From assembly GCA_041691435.1 (NCBI GenBank), contig JBEPUS010000001.1, forward strand, positions 5,274 to 29,273: a stretch of 24,000 nucleotides of DNA, given 5' to 3'. The notes beneath the pieces are model-generated. The model saw only the letters and a program-made list of their open reading frames with translations, had not been told where the DNA came from and searched no databases. Positions 16,373-22,756 of the stretch are shown piece after piece (positions within the stretch are counted from its first letter, which is position 1; every line of letters starts with the position of its first letter). The position numbers were made by a program, and so were the translations under genes. Origin of the DNA: Chloroflexota bacterium. Lineage in GTDB: Bacteria; Chloroflexota; Limnocylindria; Limnocylindrales; CSP1-4.

Positions 16373-17179
16373 TCAACCAGACGCGATGTCTCGCCTGCCG
16401 AATGCAATCAAGCCGAAGAGGGCGAACCCAACGGCAGGCAGCGCCAATGCCGCATATCGCCAGAATTCGGTGGGCGTGATCAGTGGATTCCCACCAAGGG
16501 CCCAGTACCAGGGCGACAACTGGCGCCACGGCGCCAGGGCGTCGACGAGGGGGAGCAAGGCAGCCCCGAAGTACCCGGCCAAGGCAACCGCGATCGCAAT
16601 ACCGAGAACCGCTGGCGGACGAGCCATTGCTCCTGCGGTCGCAATCGCGATGGCCCCATGGAAGAGCCCCAGGAGCATGCACAGGATGATCGTCGACAGG
16701 AGGAGACTGACGTCGATTGCCAGGCCCACAAGCCCGTCGGCGACCAGCTGGGCAACGGCCATTGCTGCGGTGATCAGGGTCAACCCGATCAGCACTGCGA
16801 TTGCCCGAGCGAGCAACACGGCCCGGTGGTCGACCGACTGCGCGAGGATCAGCTCCATGCGGCCGCTCGTCTCTTCCGACGCGGTCTGGCCCATGACCAG
16901 GCTGATGGCGGCAAGGGTCAGCAGCAGAGGGATGAATAGTTCGTAGAGGTTGCCGCGAAGGTAGCCGGCAGGCGTGTTGAAGTCCTGGAGCCCGAGGGCC
17001 TGCACCAACCCGCCTGGCAGCTGGTCGATAGCGCTGGAGATACCCGACGTTCCCCTGAACGCCGGCCAGAATGCGACGGTGGCTGCGATCAGGGCAGCAA
17101 GGCCTACCGACCACCACAGGACTGCCCGGCGCATTGCCCGCAGCGGAATCGCGACGAGCTCCGCGAACCTGCCCATCAT
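16373..17179 (-). CDS. ABC-2 type exporter permease
   Basis: 268 aa, six hydrophobic segments. The ...GQTASEETSGRMELILAQSV... motif after the first external loop is typical of ABC-2 family permeases. The start overlaps the ATPase stop (ATGA). Confidence 0.85.
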   Translation of the reverse strand: MMGRFAELVAIPLRAMRRAVLWWSVGLAALIAATVAFWPAFRGTSGISSAIDQLPGGLVQALGLQDFNTPAGYLRGNLYELFIPLLLTLAAISLVMGQTASEETSGRMELILAQSVDHRAVLLARAIAVLIGLTLITAAMAVAQLVADGLVGLAIDVSLLLSTIILCMLLGLFHGAIAIATAGAMARPPAVLGIAIAVALAGYFGAALLPLVDALAPWRQLSPWYWALGGNPLITPTEFWRYAALALPAVGFALFGLIAFGRRDIASG

Positions 17180-18072
17180 TCGCTCTCCGCGTAAAGATCG
17201 AGAAATGCCTCCTCGAGGTCCGGCTCCTCCACGAGGAGCGTATTGACCCGACAGCGGGCGAGGAACTCGATGAACGGCTGGATTGGACCCGAGAGCGTCG
17301 CGGTGAAGCGCCGATCGTCGAGGAGCGGGTCGACCAAGCCCGACACGGCCGTGAGGGCCTCCGCGGGTGGTGGGTCCTCGAACCAGACTTCAATGCGCTG
17401 GCGAGCGCGGCCCCGGAGGTCAGCGACGGTACCCTCGATCACGACCTTGCCGGCGCGGAGCACGGCAACGCGGTCCGCGGCCCGCTGGACCTCGCTCAGG
17501 ACGTGCGATGAGAGGAAGACGGTGGTCCCGTGAGAACGAGCCTCACGAACGAGTGCCAGGAACTCGTGCTGGATCAGCGGATCGAGGCCGTTCGTCGGCT
17601 CATCGAGCACGAGGAGCTCGGAGCCCGAGACGAATGCCAGGAGCAGCGCCACCTTCCGCCGATTGCCCGTCGACAGGTCGCGAACCTGCCGCTCGAGATC
17701 GAGATCGAGACGCGCGGCGATCTCATCTCGGCGGCGGGAATCGAATCCGCCGCGCAACCGCCCTATGCTCGCGACGAGTTCGAAACCCGTCGTGCGCTCC
17801 GGCAAGCGCAACTCGCCGGGGATGTACCCGATCCTCGCGCGCACAGCGACGCCTTCAGTTGTGGCGTCCACGCCGAAGGCCGTGACGTGCCCGGCCGTTG
17901 GTCGGAGCAGGCCCATCAGACAGCGGAGGGTGGTGCTCTTGCCCGATCCGTTCGGACCAAGCAAGCCGAGCACCTCGCCGCGCACGACCTCGAGATTGAT
18001 CCCCTGGACCGCCTCGATGGCTCCGAAGCGCTTGATGAGGCCGTCGAATCGAACGAGCTTGTCGTCGCTCAT
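17176..18072 (-). CDS. ABC transporter ATP-binding protein
   Basis: Walker A GPNGSGKST, Q-loop, signature LSTGNRRKV, Walker B LLVLDEPTNGLD, H-loop SSHVL, plus a C-terminal extension domain. I prefer ATG at 18072 (MSDDKLVRFDGL...) over the TTG at 18105 used by the track. Confidence 0.92.
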   Translation of the reverse strand: MSDDKLVRFDGLIKRFGAIEAVQGINLEVVRGEVLGLLGPNGSGKSTTLRCLMGLLRPTAGHVTAFGVDATTEGVAVRARIGYIPGELRLPERTTGFELVASIGRLRGGFDSRRRDEIAARLDLDLERQVRDLSTGNRRKVALLLAFVSGSELLVLDEPTNGLDPLIQHEFLALVREARSHGTTVFLSSHVLSEVQRAADRVAVLRAGKVVIEGTVADLRGRARQRIEVWFEDPPPAEALTAVSGLVDPLLDDRRFTATLSGPIQPFIEFLARCRVNTLLVEEPDLEEAFLDLYAESE

Positions 18073-18117
18073 CGACCGGTAACGATCACAGCCAAACCAG
18101 CTCAACCTTGCTCTTGG

Positions 18118-18131
18118 TTGTCACGTGACAA
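18118..18131. promoter_or_regulatory. Perfect 14-bp palindrome TTGTCACGTGACAA upstream of the ABC exporter operon (motif site A)
   Basis: Read directly. It lies 46 nt upstream of the ATPase ATG, in the 91-nt gap after the antiporter stop. It has the same TTGTC-N4-GACAA architecture as sites at 19710, 20498 and 22629. Confidence 0.5.
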
Positions 18132-18163
18132 TCATATCTCGGGTGCGCCGACCCGGGAGCCTG

Positions 18164-19384
18164 CTAGTCGTCGGTCGGAGCACTCGCCCGCAACGCCCGT
18201 CCGATCACGGCATCCGCCGTCGACCCTTGGACAAGCAGCGTGAACAGGACCACCCCGTACACGGTCGCGGCGATCAGCTCGCGATCCGGGAGATCGACGG
18301 GCAGCGACAGGACAAGGGCGACAGAAACGGCGCCGCGCAGGCCCGCCCAGAACAGGACGTGCAGCCACGCGACGGGTGCAATCGTGCGCCTTCCGCGGGC
18401 GATGAGCCGGCTGGCGCCACCGAGCACGACGTAGACCACCAGGGCCCGCGACACCAGCACTGCGGCGACTGCCCACGCGATGGCGCCGAGGTCGCCGACG
18501 AGTGCGTTGATGTCGATCACGAGCCCAATGAGCAAGAAGATCAACGCCGTGAGCACGAAAGCCAGCAACTCCCAGACGAGGTCGATGGATGCGGCGGCCC
18601 GCGGGCTCAGGCCATGGGCCCGGCCGTACGAACCAAGCGTGATCCCGGCCGCGGTCGTCGCGATCACGCCGGAGCCGTGCAGGGCGTCCGCGCCAAGGTA
18701 AGCGCCATAGGCGAGCACGAGCGAGATCGTGAGCTCCACCAGGTAGTCGTCTGTCAGGCGGAGAACGCGGGTTGCAATCCAGCCTGCGGCACCGCCCAGG
18801 AGAGTGCTCCCCGCGACCACGAGCACGAACCGGACGAAGCCCTCGGCGATCGAACCCGAACCGGCCGTCGCGGCGATGACGATCGAAAAGATGACGATCC
18901 CGGTACCGTCGTTGAGCAGGCTCTCGGCCTCGACCGCCGTCGACAGCCGCCGAGGCGTGGAGAGTCTCCTGAACGTCGAGATGACGGCCGCGGGGTCAGT
19001 GGCTGCCACCATCGCCCCGACGATAAAGGCCGACGCGATGGCCAGTCCGGTCGCGACGTGCAGGACGACGGCCACGACAGTCGCCACGATGAGGACACCC
19101 GGAATCGCCAGGAAAAGCACGCCGACCAGCGCCGGGCGGAGCTCGACGACATCGATCCGGAACGCCGCTTCGAAGATCAATCCCGGCAGCAGGACCGCAA
19201 GCACCAGGTTGGGCGTGATCAGGACGCCCAAGCCCGGGCGGACGAGCGCGACCCCGAGGCCGAGCAGCACGAGACCGACCGTGTAGGGCACGCGAATTCG
19301 ATCCGTCACCATGGCAACGACGACGGCCGCCCCGAGAAGGGCGACAACGGCGCGGATCGCACTCAGGGCGAGGTCGTCCGTCAT
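18164..19384 (-). CDS. Cation:proton antiporter, CPA1 (NhaP-type Na+/H+ exchanger) membrane domain
   Basis: 406 aa and polytopic. Contains FIVGAMVAATDPAAVISTF and AESLLNDGTGIVIF, the conserved TDP and ND motifs of CPA1 exchangers. Confidence 0.9.
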   Translation of the reverse strand: MTDDLALSAIRAVVALLGAAVVVAMVTDRIRVPYTVGLVLLGLGVALVRPGLGVLITPNLVLAVLLPGLIFEAAFRIDVVELRPALVGVLFLAIPGVLIVATVVAVVLHVATGLAIASAFIVGAMVAATDPAAVISTFRRLSTPRRLSTAVEAESLLNDGTGIVIFSIVIAATAGSGSIAEGFVRFVLVVAGSTLLGGAAGWIATRVLRLTDDYLVELTISLVLAYGAYLGADALHGSGVIATTAAGITLGSYGRAHGLSPRAAASIDLVWELLAFVLTALIFLLIGLVIDINALVGDLGAIAWAVAAVLVSRALVVYVVLGGASRLIARGRRTIAPVAWLHVLFWAGLRGAVSVALVLSLPVDLPDRELIAATVYGVVLFTLLVQGSTADAVIGRALRASAPTDD

Positions 19385-19442
19385 GGCGCCGAGTATGAGC
19401 GGTGAGGGTTGCCGGACGCGTCGCGACGACGCCCGGGGAATC

Positions 19443-19480
19443 GATGCAGGGCGGGCGCCGATCGGCGCCCGCCCTGCATC
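19443..19480. terminator. Perfect 38-bp GC-rich palindrome (hairpin) between flp1 and the antiporter gene
   Basis: GATGCAGGGCGGGCGCCGA / TCGGCGCCCGCCCTGCATC are exact reverse complements centred on CGATCG. It begins 14 nt after the flp1 stop on the minus strand and sits 59 nt upstream of the antiporter ATG. No U-tract. Confidence 0.6.
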
Positions 19481-19493
19481 CGGTGCGGCGAGA

Positions 19494-19673
19494 CTAGACG
19501 CTGTGGCCGACGTTGCTCAGGATCTTGGAGACCTGCCCGCCCAGGAAAATCAAGGCGATGATGGCGACGATCGCGATCAGTGCGAGGATGAGGGCATATT
19601 CAGCGAGACCCTGGCCTCGATCGGTCGGCCAAATTCGAGGCATGCTAGCGACGATCCGGTTGATACGGTCCAT
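19494..19673 (-). CDS. flp: Flp/Fap-family type IVb prepilin (flp1)
   Basis: MDRINRIVASMPRIWPTDRG/QGLAEYALILALIAIVAIIALIFLGGQVSKILSNVGHSV carries the G-x4-EY Flp motif followed by a hydrophobic helix. The ATG at 19673 has GGAG 6 nt upstream. The track ORF extends to an alternative ATG at 19718. Confidence 0.75.
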   Translation of the reverse strand: MDRINRIVASMPRIWPTDRGQGLAEYALILALIAIVAIIALIFLGGQVSKILSNVGHSV

Positions 19674-19700
19674 ACCACGCTCCAGATGAATGAAGGTAGA

Positions 19701-19723
19701 GACAAATACTTGTCTCATGACAA
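19701..19723. promoter_or_regulatory. Overlapping inverted repeats GACAA-ATAC-TTGTC-TCAT-GACAA in the flp1/marR divergent region (motif site B)
   Basis: TTGTCTCATGACAA occupies 19710-19723, and GACAAATACTTGTC occupies 19701-19714. The site is 34 nt upstream of the marR ATG and 37 nt upstream of the flp1 ATG (19673). Confidence 0.5.
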
Positions 19724-19756
19724 TGACCTGACGAGTATCGCCGATCGGACGGCGGA

Positions 19757-20194
19757 ATGACAGACGCCGATAGTCCTGTTCTCGATCTGCTCGATCGGCT
19801 GTCCATTGAACTCGTCGCGATCACGAACCGAGCGATTGCCGAGGGCGGCGTGCTTGACCTGTCCTTCCCCCAGTGGCGGCTGTTGGCGGCACTTGGGGAC
19901 GCACCGCATGCGCTCCGGCTCCATGAAGTGGCCGAGCAGGTCAGCGCCTCGATGCCTTCGGCCAGCAGGCTCGTTCAGCGGATGGAACGCCGGGGTTTTG
20001 TCTCGAGCACCCGCGCCCCGAGCGACGGCCGAGGACGGGAGATTGCGCTGACCGCGCACGGCGAATCTGTCCGTGCGGGCGTCATCGGCCGGCGCCGAGC
20101 CCTGATCGCGGCGGGCATCGGCGAGCTCGCGGGAAACGCGAAGGTGCACCCGGACCTCGTGGCGATCGTGGAGCGCCTCGCACGTCGGAAGTGA
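19757..20194 (+). CDS. MarR-family transcriptional regulator
   Basis: 145 aa. LSFPQWRLLAALGDAPHALRLHEVAEQVSASMPSASRLVQRMERRGFVSSTRAPSDGRGREIALTAHG is the winged-HTH and wing pattern (D.R...L T..G) of MarR proteins. Confidence 0.88.
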   Translation: MTDADSPVLDLLDRLSIELVAITNRAIAEGGVLDLSFPQWRLLAALGDAPHALRLHEVAEQVSASMPSASRLVQRMERRGFVSSTRAPSDGRGREIALTAHGESVRAGVIGRRRALIAAGIGELAGNAKVHPDLVAIVERLARRK

Positions 20195-20197
20195 CGG

Positions 20198-20506
20198 TCA
20201 GGGCTTGGGCGTCTTGGTCGGCTTTGGCGTCTTGGTCGGCTTGGGCGTAGGCGTTGCCTTGGGAGTTGCCGTCGGCCTTGGCGTTGGACCGGTCGTCGCC
20301 GCGGGTCCGAACCCGGAGCTGACCGATGCCAACACAGTGCCGATGCCACCGCTCATGACGGTCATCGCCGAGATCGCCAGGACTGCGATCAGCGCGAGCA
20401 CGATTGCATACTCGGCCATGCTCTGGCCGGCTCGTGCTCGGCCACGTCGACACGCAGCGGCACCCGAACGACGAGGGCCCGGCGGGTGGATTGGTAGTTG
20501 TTGCAT
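20198..20506 (-). CDS. flp: Flp-family prepilin with a C-terminal Pro/Thr/Lys-rich repeat extension (flp2)
   Basis: MQQLPIHPPGPRRSGAAACRRGRARAG/QSMAEYAIVLALIAVLAISAMTVMSGGIGTVLASVSSGF has the same G-x4-EY motif and helix as flp1. It is followed by GPAATTGPTPRPTATPKATPTPKPTKTPKPTKTPKP. The only in-frame canonical start is ATG at 20506. Confidence 0.7.
   Translation of the reverse strand: MQQLPIHPPGPRRSGAAACRRGRARAGQSMAEYAIVLALIAVLAISAMTVMSGGIGTVLASVSSGFGPAATTGPTPRPTATPKATPTPKPTKTPKPTKTPKP
20201..20291. repeat. Degenerate 18-bp tandem repeat (about 5 units) encoding the PT(K) tail of flp2
   Basis: Units are GGGCTTGGGCGTCTTGGTC, GGCTTTGGCGTCTTGGTC, GGCTTGGGCGTAGGCGTT, GCCTTGGGAGTTGCCGTC and GGCCTTGGCGTTGGACCG. 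The first two are near-identical (PTKTPK PTKTPK on the coding strand). Confidence 0.6.
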
Positions 20507-20511
20507 GACAA
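20498..20511. promoter_or_regulatory. TTGTTGCATGACAA, one mismatch from TTGTC-N4-GACAA, overlapping the flp2 start codon (motif site C)
   Basis: Read directly. The flp2 ATG (complement of 20504-20506) lies in the centre of the repeat. Confidence 0.4.
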
Positions 20512-20542
20512 CCAGATCATGCGATGGGACGACGCGGTGGGT

Positions 20543-22609
20543 CTATAGGACTTTCGGCGGGGAGACCGTCAGCGGCGGCTCCAGTTCCGTGTCTGGGAGT
20601 GTCGTGGCCGCCAGGAGTGAATCGAGCTCGGCGCGCCCGCTGGGCACGGCAAAGAGCGCTAGCCGGTCGCCGACGAGGAGCGTGAGGTCACCGCGCGGAA
20701 CGATCACCCGATCGCCGCGTTCCACCGACACGAGGAGCGTGTCACGTGGCCAGGGCGCGCTGGCTACAGTCTCGCCGGCCAGCCGCGAGCCCGCTCGAAT
20801 CTCCGCTTCAACCAGCTGACCCGTCGGCCCCACGGAGCGGATCCCTCGGACGTTGCTTGCCAGCGCACTGCGATAGGCGCTCATGACGTCGCCGCTCGAG
20901 AGAATCCCGACCAGTCGATCGCCCGCGACCACTGGAATCCAGCTCCGATGCTGGTCCGTGAGCGCGCCGAGTGCCTCGACCATCGGATCGTCGGCGGACA
21001 CGATGCGATCGTCCAGACGCTGGTCCCCGACGGTCTCGTCACCGTCCGCCGCCCGGAGATCGGTGAGCTCGATCGATCCCTGGAAACGCCCGGTCCTGTC
21101 GACGACCGGCGCACCCGGCAGGTCTGCCGCGCTCAACCGACTGATGGCGGTCGCGATGGTATCTGAAGGGTGGAGCGTGAGACGCGCCGCCCGGGCGGCA
21201 GCCCCGGCCCCGATCGAAGCCATCAGCGGCAGCGCTCCGCGGAACCGATGGGCAGGCGAGTCCGCCCGGCTGCGGAGCTGCTCTGAGTAGATTGAGCGGT
21301 CGCCGACGATCAGGGTCGCGATGCCGATCGCCAGCATGGCTGGAGCCAGCATTGCGAGGCTGTCGGTCATCTCCGCGACCATCAGCATGACAGCAAGGGG
21401 CGCGTGGGCGACGCTTCCGAAGAGGGCCATCATCGCAACGATCACGAACGGCGATGGATCGATGGGCAGCCCCGGGGCGATTGGCTCCAGGAGTCGCCAG
21501 ATCCCAGCCCCAAGCAGTCCGCCAATGACCATCCCCGGGCCGAAGACGCCGCCCGAACCGCCCGAGCCGATCGACAGCGAAGTGGCCAGGATTCGCGCGA
21601 ACGGCAGGGCCAGGACGACCCATAACGGCAGCCCGAGCAGGGTCGTCCGATCGAGCCCGGCCTGGACCCATCCGTAGCCGGTCCCCAGGACCCCAGGGAG
21701 GGCGAGCCCGATAGCCCCGACCACGATCCCGGCCAGCGCCGGCCGGAGCATGCGCGGCATCGACCAACCGCCGATCCAGCGGGTGAACCCATAGAAGCTC
21801 GCGATGTACAACCGACCGACCAGTCCGCAGGCAAGTCCGATCAGCCCGTAATAGAACAGCTGGCGGGCATCGGTGAAGCCAGCTCCTGCCACCTGCCCGA
21901 AAATCGGCGCGAAGCCGAGGACCGCGCCAAAGATCGAAAATGCCACGATCGAGGCGACGAAGGCCGGCACGAGGGCGTCGGATTCGACGTCTTCCCGGTA
22001 CGGAATCTCCGCCGCCAGAACCGCCCCCCCGAGCGGTGCCCGGAAGATCGCACCGATGCCCGCGCCCATCCCGCAGCTGACGGCGATTCGGGCATCCCGC
22101 GCGTCGAGATCAAGGAGGCGGGCGAGGAACGATCCGAATCCGGCGCCGATCTGGGCCGTGGGACCCTCGCGCCCGCCCGATCCACCCGAGCCGATCGTGA
22201 TCGCGGATGCGACGAGCTTCACGAGTGGGATCCGCGTCCGGATGCCGCGAGGGTCATGGTGGATCGCCGCGATCGCAGCGTCGGTGCCGTGGCCCTCCGC
22301 TTCTGGTGCGAACCGGAAGACGATCACGCCGGCGATCAATCCTCCCAGACCCACGACGAGCGGGATCGCCCAGGGCCGGGCCGCCGAGGTGATCGGCGCG
22401 GATCCTTCGCCGAAGGGGGAGGCAGGCGTGAACCCAGCGAGGACGCCCAGCATGGCCCTGGTGGCCAGGTCGAGCGCTCCAAAGAAGACGATCGCCCCAA
22501 CGCCGCTGATCAGCCCGATCAAGGCACCGAGAATGATCCACTTGCGGAGGTAATCGGCCGATCGAATCTGTCTCCGAAGCCTCAGAAGGAGACCGTTGGC
22601 CGGGATCAA
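20543..22609 (-). CDS. ClC-family chloride channel / H+-Cl- exchanger with C-terminal CBS pair and TrkA-C (RCK_C) domain
   Basis: 688 aa. Selectivity-filter motifs are GSGGREGP, GIGAIFRAPLGG and GSGGVFGP. Two CBS-like units follow (PVVDRTGRFQGSIELTDL and IPVVAGDRLVGILSSGDV). Next is VEAEIRAGSRLAGETVASAPWPRDTLLVSVERGDRVIVPRGDLTLLVGDRLALF (TrkA-C). TTG is the only canonical start upstream of the conserved YLRKWIILG. Confidence 0.92.
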   Translation of the reverse strand: MIPANGLLLRLRRQIRSADYLRKWIILGALIGLISGVGAIVFFGALDLATRAMLGVLAGFTPASPFGEGSAPITSAARPWAIPLVVGLGGLIAGVIVFRFAPEAEGHGTDAAIAAIHHDPRGIRTRIPLVKLVASAITIGSGGSGGREGPTAQIGAGFGSFLARLLDLDARDARIAVSCGMGAGIGAIFRAPLGGAVLAAEIPYREDVESDALVPAFVASIVAFSIFGAVLGFAPIFGQVAGAGFTDARQLFYYGLIGLACGLVGRLYIASFYGFTRWIGGWSMPRMLRPALAGIVVGAIGLALPGVLGTGYGWVQAGLDRTTLLGLPLWVVLALPFARILATSLSIGSGGSGGVFGPGMVIGGLLGAGIWRLLEPIAPGLPIDPSPFVIVAMMALFGSVAHAPLAVMLMVAEMTDSLAMLAPAMLAIGIATLIVGDRSIYSEQLRSRADSPAHRFRGALPLMASIGAGAAARAARLTLHPSDTIATAISRLSAADLPGAPVVDRTGRFQGSIELTDLRAADGDETVGDQRLDDRIVSADDPMVEALGALTDQHRSWIPVVAGDRLVGILSSGDVMSAYRSALASNVRGIRSVGPTGQLVEAEIRAGSRLAGETVASAPWPRDTLLVSVERGDRVIVPRGDLTLLVGDRLALFAVPSGRAELDSLLAATTLPDTELEPPLTVSPPKVL

Positions 22610-22628
22610 GTCGCGACCACATGGCTAG

Positions 22629-22642
22629 TTGTCATCAGACAA
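22629..22642. promoter_or_regulatory. TTGTCATCAGACAA upstream of the ClC gene (motif site D)
   Basis: Read directly, 20 nt upstream of the ClC TTG start. On the gene strand it reads TTGTCTGATGACAA, close to site B (TTGTCTCATGACAA). Confidence 0.5.
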
Positions 22643-22756
22643 ATGGTAGAGGTTGATTGGTCAACTTGGCGTTGCCTCGCCGGAGTGATGTCGAGACATT
22701 CACTCGTTCCACGGCGAGATGGGACATCGGGCGCGGCGGGCCGGAGCTCGGTGCGC

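Noticed and set aside
16140-17393. ORFs 16140..16946(+), 16199..16939(+) and 16305..17393(-) across the ABC permease/ATPase
   Set aside because: They are out-of-frame or antisense to well-supported ABC genes and give Arg/Pro-rich low-complexity products. Only the last 20 codons of 16305..17393 lie outside a gene; those are noted in the gap finding.
18125-19405. 426-aa plus-strand ORF opposite the Na+/H+ antiporter
   Set aside because: It is an extremely Asp/Arg/Gly/Glu-rich translation, antisense to a gene with conserved CPA1 motifs. It is a shadow ORF.
20201-20291. Tandem repeats considered as a possible CRISPR or minisatellite
   Set aside because: The units are contiguous 18-mers with no spacers, and they lie in frame inside flp2. 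This is a coding Pro/Thr/Lys repeat, not a CRISPR array.
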